Positions 38,543-48,468 of a stretch of DNA of 62,910 bases are shown one piece after another. The stretch lies in IMG/VR virus record IMGVR_UViG_3300037522_000055, positions 1 through 62,910 of that record, one strand, 5' to 3'. The notes beneath the pieces were generated by a model, which saw only the letters and a list, made by a program, of their open reading frames with translations, did no database searches and had not been told where the DNA came from. Source of the stretch: a virus (taxonomy: Duplodnaviria > Caudoviricetes). A program made the translations under genes and the position numbers. Every line of letters starts with the position of its first letter. Positions within the stretch are counted from its first letter, which is position 1.

Positions 38543-39104
38543 AACACGAAGAGTCGCAATGTGGGTTGTAGGGTTGTTCGGCGGATTCGCGCTTACCGCG
38601 ACACCGGCTCTTGCCGATACGCTCGGCGAGATTGCGCAGGGCGCCCTGCAATCGTTCTCGGACGGAAACTACGGGCTCGCCGCGGTAATGCTCGTGGTCC
38701 TAGCGACCGCCGCGGCACGTAAGTTTCTGCCCAAGAGATACCCGTTCTGGCGAGGCGATCTCGGCGGATCCCTGCTCGTGCTCGGCGCCGCATTCGCCGC
38801 CACGATGGCCGCGGCGCTGCCCACCGAGGGCTGGTCGCTTGGTCTTTTGTGGACTTCGGCCAAGGTTGCCGCGGCGGCCTCCGGCGGATATACCCTGGTC
38901 AAACGCATCGGCGGCGCCCTGATTGGATATGCAAGCGCCCGGGGTTGGATCCCTGGTTGGGCGAACGTGGCCCTGATGTTTGTGTTGAAGATGTTCCAGC
39001 CCCGTGGCGAGGCGGCTGTTAAGAAAGCCGAGGCCGCCGGCAACGCCGCTGTGATGGCGAAGCCGTCAGCCGGCCTCTCCGGTCCGTCCGGCGAGCTCGA
39101 ATAG
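38535..39104 (+). CDS. Multi-TM membrane protein (holin-like)
   Basis: Several hydrophobic helices; post-tail position. Confidence 0.5.
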   Translation: MNKTRRVAMWVVGLFGGFALTATPALADTLGEIAQGALQSFSDGNYGLAAVMLVVLATAAARKFLPKRYPFWRGDLGGSLLVLGAAFAATMAAALPTEGWSLGLLWTSAKVAAAASGGYTLVKRIGGALIGYASARGWIPGWANVALMFVLKMFQPRGEAAVKKAEAAGNAAVMAKPSAGLSGPSGELE

Positions 39105-39135
39105 ATCGCACACAGACGACGTGCGTATATCGCTC

Positions 39136-39513
39136 ATGCGACGACTCTTCGCGGCTGTGGTCGCCGCCGCAGCGCTCCAGATGTCCCCCCCACTGTTGAG
39201 CGCTGCGGCGGCCGATCCTGTACCCCGCGTCACAATCCCGACCGAGCTACTATCCCCGGCGACAGTGACCACGGACGGCGGTTCTGTGGCGCGTCTGGAC
39301 GCCGGAGACTGGCTCGTACCGAAGACGTACCGAGACGACTGGGACGCGGAGATGAGGCGCCTACAGGACCAGGAAACGCGTTTGGAGGCCGAGAACGAGT
39401 CCTTGAAGAAGTCGCTCAGAGCAACGGACCCAAAATGGTATTGGCTGGTCGGGGCGTTTGTGTCCGGGCTTACGATTAAATACGGCTACGACGAAGTGAA
39501 AGGGCGGTTCTAG
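39136..39513 (+). CDS. Secreted coiled-coil protein (spanin-like)
   Basis: Signal peptide, coiled coil and C-terminal hydrophobic segment. Confidence 0.45.
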   Translation: MRRLFAAVVAAAALQMSPPLLSAAAADPVPRVTIPTELLSPATVTTDGGSVARLDAGDWLVPKTYRDDWDAEMRRLQDQETRLEAENESLKKSLRATDPKWYWLVGAFVSGLTIKYGYDEVKGRF

Positions 39514-39520
39514 ACTGGTC

Positions 39521-40987
39521 ATGATACCAAGAAAACTATGTAATAAGTGTGGGGTTGAATATCCGCTGACGACGGAAAACTTCCACCGTAGTAATAGCTC
39601 TCCGACCGGGCTCTCATACACGTGCAAGTACTGTAAGAACCAGGCGTCCGCCGATCGTCGATCACTACAATCCAACGAGTCGGACGAGCGCGCCAGGGCT
39701 GAACGCGCTGCCCGACAGGAGGATCCTTACCAGGCGTTGCGTCCCGAAGACTTCGACGTCGGCGCACTAAACGACGGCAAGATCGATCGCAACGCAGCCC
39801 GCGAGAAGCGACAGGAGTTCAGTCGCTCCATGGGTACGCTGTTGTCCGAGGTATCCGAAGCTGCATCCCACGGCGCAGACGGCGCTGGCTTGCTTGACGC
39901 GATCTCCGACAAATCAGTTCGATTCCTAACCGTGGCAAGCGAACAGGAAAAGCGGTTCGGCAACCGGCGGCACGCCCGCTCGTTTTCTCTGGCCATGGCC
40001 CACGAGGTGATGGCGATGCGCTTGATGCGCGACGTCGCCGATCGATACTTCTCCAAGAAAGTCGAGCCGAAGGGATGGTCTAAAAAGAACGGCCCTCCGC
40101 ATCCGGCGAAAAGAACCGTGTGCCTACTGCTATCCGATTTACACTTCGGTGCCGACCTCGGCGCGCTAGATGAGCCGATGCCTTATCGCGCGATCGAAGA
40201 GGCGCGCCGACTCGAGTATGTCGTTCGTCAGGCCGCGGACTACAAGCCGCAGTATCGAGACGTGTCCGAGCTCCTGATCATGCTGAACGGCGATGTGATT
40301 CAGGGGATGCTCCTGCACGACATTCGAGATGGCATTCCGATCGTCGAGCAGAAGGCGGTGTTCTGGCGATACATGACCGAGGCGATTGGATACCTCGCCA
40401 GCGCGTACCCAAGCGTGCGCGTGGTGTGTCAGCCGGGCAACCACGGGCGCGACAAGCTCCGTCACCCGGGGCGCGCGACGTCCCGCAAGTGGGACGGACA
40501 CGAATGGGAGATGTATTACGCACTCGCCGTCATGTGCAAGTCGCTGAAGAACGTAACCTTCGACGTCCCCTTCCGCGCCGTGTCAATCATCGATCTGTAC
40601 GGCTCCAACCTACTACTCACCCACGGCGATACCGAAGTCAAAATCGGACACCCACTGAAAGCGGCGGCCAACAACGCGTCGGTGATGGACAACATCAACA
40701 GTACGATGCGGTACGGCTGCACGTTTGACGCCGCGGCGTTTGGTCACTGGCACTATGGCGTATACGTTCCCGGCGCCGTAAAGCTGGTCCACAACTCGGC
40801 TTTGATTCCGCCGGACGGATTCTCTCGCTCGCTGGGATCCAACCACAGCGTGTGCGGACAATTTCTGTGGGAGGCGGTCGAAGGTCACCCGGTCGGCGAT
40901 GTCCGCTTCATCACCGTAGATCAATCTCAAGACCACGACGAGTCGCTCGGCGACATCATTCACCCGTTCCGGTTCGAGGCGGAGTAG
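39521..40987 (+). CDS. Calcineurin-like metallophosphoesterase with N-terminal Zn finger
   Basis: LSDLHFG, NGDVI, PGNHG, THGD, FGHWH; CNKC...CKYC. Confidence 0.85.
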   Translation: MIPRKLCNKCGVEYPLTTENFHRSNSSPTGLSYTCKYCKNQASADRRSLQSNESDERARAERAARQEDPYQALRPEDFDVGALNDGKIDRNAAREKRQEFSRSMGTLLSEVSEAASHGADGAGLLDAISDKSVRFLTVASEQEKRFGNRRHARSFSLAMAHEVMAMRLMRDVADRYFSKKVEPKGWSKKNGPPHPAKRTVCLLLSDLHFGADLGALDEPMPYRAIEEARRLEYVVRQAADYKPQYRDVSELLIMLNGDVIQGMLLHDIRDGIPIVEQKAVFWRYMTEAIGYLASAYPSVRVVCQPGNHGRDKLRHPGRATSRKWDGHEWEMYYALAVMCKSLKNVTFDVPFRAVSIIDLYGSNLLLTHGDTEVKIGHPLKAAANNASVMDNINSTMRYGCTFDAAAFGHWHYGVYVPGAVKLVHNSALIPPDGFSRSLGSNHSVCGQFLWEAVEGHPVGDVRFITVDQSQDHDESLGDIIHPFRFEAE

Positions 40988-41088
40988 ACCGTGACGAAGA
41001 TGATTGTCGCTGAGATCGCAGTTTGGATTGGCTGGCTCGTAATACTCGCGTATGCGTACTGGCCGAGGCGTAGCAAATTGGAGGGCAA

Positions 41089-41310
41089 ATGAACACGCTG
41101 AGTGCGGTTGCGAACTGGGCGTTTTACATCGCAGGAGCGGCGGCAATGGTGGGTATGGCGATTGTTGTGCTCATCTGGTTTGTCGATCGCCTCCTTGCTT
41201 TCTTCCAGTGGAACAAGGCGATCATCGAGTACCTAATCCATAGAAAGGCGTTCGTCGCCTGGAAGCGCCAGCGGAATATCGACTCTTTGTACCCGGGGAG
41301 GAACGAATGA
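41089..41310 (+). CDS. Small membrane protein
   Basis: Hydrophobic N-terminus; RBS GGAGG. Confidence 0.55.
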   Translation: MNTLSAVANWAFYIAGAAAMVGMAIVVLIWFVDRLLAFFQWNKAIIEYLIHRKAFVAWKRQRNIDSLYPGRNE

Positions 41311-41936
41311 GCCGCCCGGTGACTCTGGCAGACGCGCAGCGAATCACGCACATATCGTTCGCTCCCACCGAGGGCGTTAGCCGGTTGCGAGACTTCCAAG
41401 AGCGAGAAGTCGACTACCTGATTTCACTTATCGGACTTGGTGAAGAACCAGGGCTTCCGAACAACACAAGTGAATTCTTGCGCATGATGCGATCGACCGA
41501 CGGGACGGGGAAGCCTGCCGAGACAGGCGGAGCGTGGTGTGCGGTAACGCGCTCTCACGCCGGCCAAAAAGTCGCCATCGACACACGTCACCGATGCCCC
41601 TATGCGCCACATCGTGGCGCGAGACGGCTTACACGCAACATTGCGGACGCCGGGGGCTGGATCATCAAGCCCGGCGAGTCGTTCACAAAGCAAGTCATCA
41701 TCCCGAAAGGCGCGGCGCTCTGCACGAAACACGGTGTGTGGCAAGGGCATTTCATGACCGTCATCAATCACGACCTACGCGCAGATATTGTAACGATCGT
41801 CGAAGGGAATCGAAACAATCGAAAGACGAACGGCAAGCGGTATGCCGTAATCGACGTGCGCGAACTTAAGCCGGCGCAATGGCGCCGCAGTAACCTGTAC
41901 GGAATCAGCGCCCTGTGGGTGCCGAGGCAACCATGA
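41307..41936 (+). CDS. CHAP-like peptidoglycan hydrolase (possible endolysin)
   Basis: GAWCAV...GHFMTV...IVEGN Cys/His pattern. Confidence 0.6.
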   Translation: MSRPVTLADAQRITHISFAPTEGVSRLRDFQEREVDYLISLIGLGEEPGLPNNTSEFLRMMRSTDGTGKPAETGGAWCAVTRSHAGQKVAIDTRHRCPYAPHRGARRLTRNIADAGGWIIKPGESFTKQVIIPKGAALCTKHGVWQGHFMTVINHDLRADIVTIVEGNRNNRKTNGKRYAVIDVRELKPAQWRRSNLYGISALWVPRQP

Positions 41937-42127
41937 CGCTAGTAGTGCTATACGCAGTAATGTTCGCGACGGTGACCATCGCGTCGTGGATGCTGGCCAT
42001 GCGCAAGAAAGAGTACGGGCCAATTGCAACCGCGACCGCGTCCGTGTTGGTCGGCGCCTTTTGGCCTCTTGTCTTGTTGACCGGGGCATACCTGCTCGTT
42101 AGAGACAGAGACAAGGAAAATCAGTAG
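41933..42127 (+). CDS. Small membrane protein
   Basis: Two hydrophobic segments. Confidence 0.5.
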   Translation: MTLVVLYAVMFATVTIASWMLAMRKKEYGPIATATASVLVGAFWPLVLLTGAYLLVRDRDKENQ

Positions 42128-42151
42128 TTTAGACAGTCGTGTGCGGCTCGC

Positions 42152-42583
42152 GTGCTACCCTTGGCTGTGCTCGAGCTTGCCGCTGTGTTCCTGATCTCGT
42201 TGTTTTCCGACCTCCTGTCCTGTGAGTGGCAGTCCGCCCGGGAGCGAGGACAGCTCGCCCGTATCGCGGCCCTGAGCGCCGTCATAGAGGCTATGAGCTG
42301 GTTTCCTATCTTCGTCGCGGTATTCACGCAGGACGTGAATTTGGTCGTGTCGGGCATCTGCGGGGCCGTGGTGGGCGGTGTGTGGGGTGCCTCGCGAGAG
42401 CGCCGTCGCGGGACAAAATACCGACACTTACGAAAAAGTGATGGGGATTTTGTCCCGATCGGGAAATTTGAATTCGCGAATCGCGAACTTATCCCGCTCG
42501 GGAGTCCGAGAAGGGACGAATATGTCCCGATCGGGAACGTACCCGACCGGGGTACGAACGTACCCAACCGAGGTACGAAGTGA
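42152..42583 (+). CDS. Membrane protein with short C-terminal repeats (VPIG, NVP.RGT)
   Basis: Three hydrophobic segments. Confidence 0.5.
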   Translation: MLPLAVLELAAVFLISLFSDLLSCEWQSARERGQLARIAALSAVIEAMSWFPIFVAVFTQDVNLVVSGICGAVVGGVWGASRERRRGTKYRHLRKSDGDFVPIGKFEFANRELIPLGSPRRDEYVPIGNVPDRGTNVPNRGTK

Positions 42584-42999
42584 AACTTCAAGAGGCGCCG
42601 CATATGTGCGGGCCGACTGCGCTGTCGAACGCCTTGCTGTCGGTAGGCCGGGACATCCCGCCAGCGGCTTGCGCGGAGTTGTGCGGCATCACCCCGGATG
42701 GAATCGGCGACGAAGACCTGGAGCGCGCCATCGAGCTCTTGGATTTCACACCGACCGTGGTTCGGTCCTGGTACGCCCTCCGAGGCGCCCTGGACGCCGG
42801 TGCCCCTGTCGTGTGCTCAGTCCAGGAAGATCGCCCCTACGACCACTGGGTAGCGGCCATCGGTACACTCGGCGAGCTCATTGTGGTGGCCGACTCTCTA
42901 TCGTACGAGGTCGTCAAGACCTACAAGCGCGTCGACTGGCTGGCGATGTGGAGCGACGGCGCCGAAGGACGATACGGCGTGGCGCTCGATTCTGGCTAG
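42580..42999 (+). CDS. Peptidase C39-like cysteine protease
   Basis: Q...CGPTAL, DHWV, VADS catalytic pattern. Confidence 0.7.
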   Translation: MKLQEAPHMCGPTALSNALLSVGRDIPPAACAELCGITPDGIGDEDLERAIELLDFTPTVVRSWYALRGALDAGAPVVCSVQEDRPYDHWVAAIGTLGELIVVADSLSYEVVKTYKRVDWLAMWSDGAEGRYGVALDSG

Positions 43000-43259
43000 C
43001 CCCGCCCCTCGCGATCGAAGACGGCCTGCACGACGTCTTTAACATCCTCGGTGAGCTTGGCCTCCACTGTGCCTATGGCGGTTTCGGTCACCACGTAGAC
43101 CTCTCCGCTCGGGGCGTTGAGGTAGAACTCGACCACGGGATATCTGTTCGACAACTCCTTGAGTGCCGCAAGCTGCGCGTCCAGCGACCAAGAGGGGGAC
43201 CAAACGTCGTCGAGCGGGATCTTAATCATCTCATCGATCTTCTTGGCTTCGTCGCCCAT
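42996..43259 (-). CDS. Hypothetical protein
   Basis: Coupled ORF, last gene of the leftward arm. Confidence 0.55.
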   Translation of the reverse strand: MGDEAKKIDEMIKIPLDDVWSPSWSLDAQLAALKELSNRYPVVEFYLNAPSGEVYVVTETAIGTVEAKLTEDVKDVVQAVFDREGRG

Positions 43260-43696
43260 CAGTACCCCCCGTCGTCCCAGTCCGGGTAGTCGGGCTGGAC
43301 GATCACGCGCGGGTTGTTGGCGGTGCGCTCGCGCTCGATCTCGGCGAGGCCGTCGCGGATTTGTTGTGCGCGGGACTCGATGAATGTGGTTGGGGGCTTC
43401 ACGGTCACGATCTCGCCGCGCGTGGCGCGGAACGCGACTAGTTGCGAGCCGGCGACCTCGGCGAGGTCCTTCGCCTGTGCTAACCCGCCCTCGAAATAGG
43501 CCGCGCGGCCGTCGCTGAACTTCATCAAATGGAACGTGTGGATCGAGATGGGCGGGGCTTCTGGCAGCAGCATGATATCGGAGACGAATGATATATCATT
43601 GATTGGGAGACGGCCGCGAAGTTGCCAGACCTTTTGAAAGGGCCACGACACGCCAACGTCTTCGACGGTCCCGTCCAGGTAGTAGAACTTCGTCAT
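43259..43696 (-). CDS. Hypothetical protein
   Basis: Coupled ORF; start uncertain (43696 or 43711). Confidence 0.5.
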   Translation of the reverse strand: MTKFYYLDGTVEDVGVSWPFQKVWQLRGRLPINDISFVSDIMLLPEAPPISIHTFHLMKFSDGRAAYFEGGLAQAKDLAEVAGSQLVAFRATRGEIVTVKPPTTFIESRAQQIRDGLAEIERERTANNPRVIVQPDYPDWDDGGY

Positions 43697-43886
43697 CTTC
43701 GTCGCCTCCAATCAGCCAGCTCGGTCGCGGCGGCAGTCGCCCACCACAGCGGCCACAGTGTGCTTGCGACCGTCGTGAATATAGTCCGTGAACGCCGACG
43801 GTTGAAAATCGCGTCCGCCCTGGGGTAGATCCAGGTCGCCGTAGCGACGGCCGGGATCAGCCAAGCAAGTGCTGCCGAGGCGAGCA

Positions 43887-44270
43887 TTACGGCGAGAAGA
43901 AGAGGCGTGCTCGGTCGTAGTCGCCCATACCAAACGCTATCAAGTGCGTTAAGTCAAGTGCGACGACCGCGGCGCCCCCGGCCTGACAATCCCAACCGGT
44001 GTAGTCACAGCTCGCCGACAGGAACGCAAAACGTCCGTCGCGCAGACGGAACACCCCGAGCCAACTGGGTCCATCGTTTTCTCCGTCGCTCATCACGAGA
44101 ATTTCAACAACATCGTCTCGGGTGAACTCGTTGACTGATACTTGCGTATCGCCTTCGGCCGCAGATACGCTAGCGCCGTCATGATATGCGGCGGCACACG
44201 TGTCCGGCTCACCCGCGAAACCAAATACCTCTCCCCAGTCGTATTTGTCCAGTTGCTCGAGCATCGTCAC
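43887..44270 (-). CDS. Conserved phage hypothetical protein
   Basis: LRDGRFAFLSASCDYTGWDCQ motif; RBS AAGGAG. Confidence 0.65.
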   Translation of the reverse strand: MTMLEQLDKYDWGEVFGFAGEPDTCAAAYHDGASVSAAEGDTQVSVNEFTRDDVVEILVMSDGENDGPSWLGVFRLRDGRFAFLSASCDYTGWDCQAGGAAVVALDLTHLIAFGMGDYDRARLFFSP

Positions 44271-44593
44271 TCCTTCTTCTCGAATTGTCGCCGCCGCAGA
44301 TCACTAAGCTCCGCGAACGCGCGTATTAGTCCCGTTGCAACATCGCACTTCTCGACCTCGGCGATCAAGTCCCGGCCGCCTTCATCCCACGCATCGGCGA
44401 GTGCCTCCATCTCCGGCGTGACTTCCGGCGGGTTGACCCACGGATTGCCGTGGTGCGGCGACGGAGGGCCACGCCACGGATCGGTCGTGTTACGCTTTAT
44501 CCGAGCCATAGGTATGTCTAGCACGGTGGGCGCGGCGCTAGTTATTTTTTCTGTCGATGCTCGCGAGCGCCTGTCGTTAGATTTTTCGTTCAT
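44267..44593 (-). CDS. Hypothetical protein
   Basis: Overlapping stop/start coupling. Confidence 0.5.
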   Translation of the reverse strand: MNEKSNDRRSRASTEKITSAAPTVLDIPMARIKRNTTDPWRGPPSPHHGNPWVNPPEVTPEMEALADAWDEGGRDLIAEVEKCDVATGLIRAFAELSDLRRRQFEKKE

Positions 44594-44949
44594 AAAATCT
44601 CCATCACAGCTTCGATGAACGCCGTGGCGAGCGGCTCGACGATCGCATTTCCGTAGGCGCGCAAGAGTCCCACGCGTCCGGCAACCCCATAAGCCAACGG
44701 GAATGTGCCGGGTTCAACTGGCCGGGCTTTTCCGTCGGTGCAGGGGATCCACTCGACATCGGCCCAGAACCCGCGCGTGACGCCGCTGTTGGCAGGTCGT
44801 GACCTGTTGCAGCCCTTCGTTGAGTCGCCCTCATAGCCCCTTTCGCCCCATGGATCGCTCGTCAACTCGGCCAGGAACGATTTGACCTCGGTCCTGAAGG
44901 CGTCGCAGCCACTCCGCGGCGAACGGCTCGATTTCGTTGTAGACGACAC
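44590..44949 (-). pseudogene. 3' remnant of a phage DNA cytosine methyltransferase
   Basis: [13 protein letters not shown] (motif X-like) and, in the overlapping frame, [15 protein letters not shown] (motif IX-like); no catalytic PC motif or FxGxG upstream. Confidence 0.6.
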
Positions 44950-44952
44950 TGC

Positions 44953-45657
44953 TCAAGAACACTCGGCCTTGGTGAGATAGAAGTAGATCCCCGGAGCGCA
45001 TTCGAGTCGGCGATCATCGCAGTAGTGATTCGCTCGGACAACTTCTCCGGTGGCGTATCTTGTTTTTCCGCCGTCGTGTCGGTGACGATGAAGCAAGTCC
45101 ACGTCAGGGGTGATAACACGCACGTACTCGGCCCGACACTTGTACGATCCGATTCCGTTCGTTCTCCTGGCGTCGGCTGGGACTTCTACCTCTATGACGC
45201 GTATGTTGCGACCGTCGTTGACTTGCTTCCAGGCGCGGAACGATCCGGTACAAGGACATCGCTCTGGATTGAGCTCTGCGCCTCGCAGGTTCGCGCCTTG
45301 CAGGTTCGCGTTTCGCAGGTACGCGTCTCGCAGGTACGCGCCTTCCAGGATCGCGCCTTGCAAGTCCGCGCCTTGCAGGTCCGCGCCTCGCAGGCTCGCG
45401 ACTCGCAGGTTCGCGTTTCGCAGGTCCGCGCCTCGCAGGTACGCGCCTTCCAGGATCGCGCCTTGCAAGTCCGCGCCGCTCAGGTTCGCGCCTTCCAGGT
45501 CCGCGTATCGCAGGTTCGCGTATCGCAGGTTCGCGCCTTCCAGGTACGCGCGTCGCAGGTCCGCGCCTTGTAGGTCCGCGCCTTGCAGGTTCGCGCCGTA
45601 CAGGTTCGCGCCGTACAGGTTCGCGCCGGGTTCGATCGTGTATCTGTTGGCTTTCAT
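44953..45657 (-). CDS. Pentapeptide-repeat protein, type C (DUF5758-like) C-terminus
   Basis: MKANRYTIEP plus repeats plus GSFRAWK...KCRAEYVRV...ECAPGIYFYLT. Confidence 0.85.
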   Translation of the reverse strand: MKANRYTIEPGANLYGANLYGANLQGADLQGADLRRAYLEGANLRYANLRYADLEGANLSGADLQGAILEGAYLRGADLRNANLRVASLRGADLQGADLQGAILEGAYLRDAYLRNANLQGANLRGAELNPERCPCTGSFRAWKQVNDGRNIRVIEVEVPADARRTNGIGSYKCRAEYVRVITPDVDLLHRHRHDGGKTRYATGEVVRANHYCDDRRLECAPGIYFYLTKAECS

Positions 45658-45767
45658 TTTCTTAGGTCCTTGCACGTCCCGTGCCAGCGCAACAAATAAG
45701 TGTTTCCCGACACATACGTGTACGCCCCGTGACAATCTGTCGCAACGGTGGCTACTACAGTATCCGC
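45658..45767. repeat. ~110-bp leader duplicated from 9922..10031
   Basis: Near-identical (3 mismatches seen) upstream regions of two distant pentapeptide genes. Confidence 0.9.
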
Positions 45768-45776
45768 CGTGCCCCT

Positions 45777-46313
45777 TTAGTGCGTGGCCCCGGGGAATAC
45801 GCGGCGTCGCGTGAACCGATCGCAGTCCCACAAGCCTATTCCGATAGCGTCCCACACATCCCACTCGGCATTCGACAATCCGGCAACCACCTCCATTTCC
45901 GACGGCAACAAGCGAGATTTCACGCGATCCGTAATCACATATGGCGAGCGCTTACTTTTAGGCTTCGGCGTCTGTCCTTTCCACTCCCTAGGAAGCACGA
46001 TTCTAGAAGCACAAAAGGCCGGTGCGAGCGCCCCGCCGACCGCGGCCAGCGGGATGATTTTGTTAGGGTCGGATTTCGTCTTCCCGGGCGAACGAGCGTC
46101 GTATATCTGAGGCCACTCGAACACGAGCTCAGACTGGGATGGATCGACGACGGCGCCGACGGCGAAGAGGATCGCCTGCGCCATGTGGGACGCTCTATCG
46201 AGTTCATTACCGCTCGCCACGGGTTTCAAATATCCCGCTTTGATTAGCATCAAATCGCGGAATACGGCGAACCCAGACTTGACGATGCTGGGATCTACGG
46301 CGACTAAATCCAC
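45777..46313 (-). CDS. RuvC-like Holliday junction resolvase
   Basis: VAVDPS, VFEWPQ, PREWKG, DVWDAIGIG. Confidence 0.75.
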   Translation of the reverse strand: MDLVAVDPSIVKSGFAVFRDLMLIKAGYLKPVASGNELDRASHMAQAILFAVGAVVDPSQSELVFEWPQIYDARSPGKTKSDPNKIIPLAAVGGALAPAFCASRIVLPREWKGQTPKPKSKRSPYVITDRVKSRLLPSEMEVVAGLSNAEWDVWDAIGIGLWDCDRFTRRRVFPGATH

Positions 46314-46603
46314 GACTCTCCGCGGCGAGGTTTCGGCTTTCTAAGCCCCGCGACCTCGCAGGCGACTTGCATCTCTTGATGGAACAACTTCGACAACAGC
46401 GCCTCGGGATCGTCGGGCATCCCGGACTCTTCGAGAGCGTCGTTGAAACGTATGCGAGCGCAGCGCTCGGCCTCGGGAATCAAGCGGTTGACGGACTCGA
46501 CGTAGGCGCAGTCGTGATAGGCGCCCTCCGTGTGACCACGGGGGCACGGGGGCGTCGCGTCGCTAAACTCGTCGTCCACGTCACTAAAGTCGAAGCCGGT
46601 CAT
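46304..46603 (-). CDS. Hypothetical protein
   Basis: MTGFDF..., coupled to the exonuclease stop. Confidence 0.5.
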   Translation of the reverse strand: MTGFDFSDVDDEFSDATPPCPRGHTEGAYHDCAYVESVNRLIPEAERCARIRFNDALEESGMPDDPEALLSKLFHQEMQVACEVAGLRKPKPRRGESWI

Positions 46604-47145
46604 CGCGAAGCCATCCAGTGGCGGTGCAGTTCCACGACGTCTCGAGCGTCCTGGAGCGCGTCGTGCTTGATGTCCCTTCCCAGGATATCCCGTACCGCGC
46701 GATTCGACGTTATGGGAAACCCGTTCGGGGACAACAGCGAACCGAGCTCGACCGGGCGATAGTGAAAGAACGAGTCGGTAAACCCGCCGGCTGCTTTGAT
46801 AAATGCAACGTCGAAAGCGGCCACGTTGAAGCCGACGGGATGAGGGCCTCGCTTCGATCCCCATTCGATTGTGTTCATCCAGCATTTTAGATTGAACAAG
46901 GCGACGTTAAGGGTAGTAGTGCGCTCACCTTGATCGGCGATTCTTTTCAGAATCCGGGCGTTCATCTGTAACGCGTATGCGTCCCCTTCGTATCGGGCGT
47001 GTCGCACGTCTGTGTAGAAGTACGGAAGCTCGTGAACGGGGACAGTAGGATCGTCCGGATCGAACGCGACGACAGCGATTTGAAGAATCTGATCTATTTG
47101 GGGATTTAGCCCGGTGGTCTCTAAGTCTAGTGCTGCGAGTCTCAT
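46600..47145 (-). CDS. DEDDh 3'-5' exonuclease
   Basis: LDLETTG, GFNVAAFD, HDALQDA. Confidence 0.9.
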   Translation of the reverse strand: MRLAALDLETTGLNPQIDQILQIAVVAFDPDDPTVPVHELPYFYTDVRHARYEGDAYALQMNARILKRIADQGERTTTLNVALFNLKCWMNTIEWGSKRGPHPVGFNVAAFDVAFIKAAGGFTDSFFHYRPVELGSLLSPNGFPITSNRAVRDILGRDIKHDALQDARDVVELHRHWMASR

Positions 47146-47370
47146 AAAATCTCCTTCTCTAGTTATTACTTACTGCGAGCGCACGTTGTTTGCGTCGCTT
47201 TCTTACCGCGCGCAAAAACACGTCCGGGTCCATCCCATGGAACTCCGCATAGTGAGGCTCCGTGTGACCAAGCGCTACTGTTCCAATTGGAAGGTCGCCG
47301 CCGGACACAACTTCTACGGATGCGAACTCACCCGAGCAAAACGCGCAAGGCAAGTATGGTGTCGTGCTTT

Positions 47371-48258
47371 TTACTTCCATAGCAGCGCCCCTGGTGATCC
47401 TATGAACACGCACTTGGCAGGAACGCGCCCGCCCGTGTCCGCGTTGATGGTCCTCTGCTCCGTCGAGTCTAATACCTCCGCCCAGCCATACAGATCACGT
47501 ACCCATTCCGTGTCGGCGTTTGACGCGAACACGATGGCGCCTCGTCGCCATGCTCGCATGAGCGCCGAGGCCAGCCGGGCTTGGTCGTCGGCCGAGAAGC
47601 CTTGTGTCGTATAGGAGTTGTAAGTTCCGTCGTACGGCGGGTCGGCGTAGATCACATCGCCGTCACCCGACAGATTAACGACGGCCTCGAAGTCGCCGCA
47701 GTAGATCGTCGACCCTTTCAGAACCTCGGAAACGTCGTGCCATTTCTCTTTGTTGGGGAATATCGAGCCGATGGCGTCGCGACCTTTTCGCTCGACGACG
47801 GACTCTCGCCAGCCCTTCGACTTATCCCCGGCAGGGACGTTGAAGCCTCCGTTAGAGTTGACGCGGTATACGCCGTTGTAGCCCAGTTTGTTTAGAAACG
47901 CGGTTCGTGCCGCCGCGACCTCAGGCGCCAGCGCGACGGGGTTGTGGGCGCACCACGGGTCCATAGCGCGCACGCGATAGTAGTTGTCCTCGCCGATGCC
48001 GTTGACGCACAGCCCAGACAACGCAAACGCGACGGCGCCAGGGCGGTCGCGGACCTGTCGGTAGAAGTGTACGAGCTCGGGAATAGCGTCGCCGAGAACC
48101 ATTCGGCTACCAAGAGCAAGGTGTAGGGCGAGTGCGCCCGATCCCAGGAAAGGTTCAAAGTATCGGCCGCCGCGCTCGAGAGCGCGCTCGACCGGGGGAG
48201 CGATTAGCTTCAGGTGCCGGGACTTGCCGCCAGCCCATTTGAGTAGGGGTCCTGGCAT
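47371..48258 (-). CDS. dam: DNA adenine methyltransferase (Dam-like)
   Basis: LKWAGGK, EPFLGSG, YNGVYRVN..G.FNVP, YADPPY. Confidence 0.9.
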   Translation of the reverse strand: MPGPLLKWAGGKSRHLKLIAPPVERALERGGRYFEPFLGSGALALHLALGSRMVLGDAIPELVHFYRQVRDRPGAVAFALSGLCVNGIGEDNYYRVRAMDPWCAHNPVALAPEVAAARTAFLNKLGYNGVYRVNSNGGFNVPAGDKSKGWRESVVERKGRDAIGSIFPNKEKWHDVSEVLKGSTIYCGDFEAVVNLSGDGDVIYADPPYDGTYNSYTTQGFSADDQARLASALMRAWRRGAIVFASNADTEWVRDLYGWAEVLDSTEQRTINADTGGRVPAKCVFIGSPGALLWK

Positions 48259-48468
48259 TTCAACAACCCAAAGCCGACAGGATCCGATCCAAGCGTGCAA
48301 TTGCCAACGGAACGTCGTCGGTGATTTCGTCCAGCCACAGGTTCAGCGCAATACGACGTATGTGCTCGCGCGTCTGCGGACGGTCCGTCAGCGCAAGCGT
48401 GCCGTATACGAAGCTGAGTCGCTGTAGGTAGCGATCTCGTTCGCGCTCGTATGCGGACCGGTCCACCA

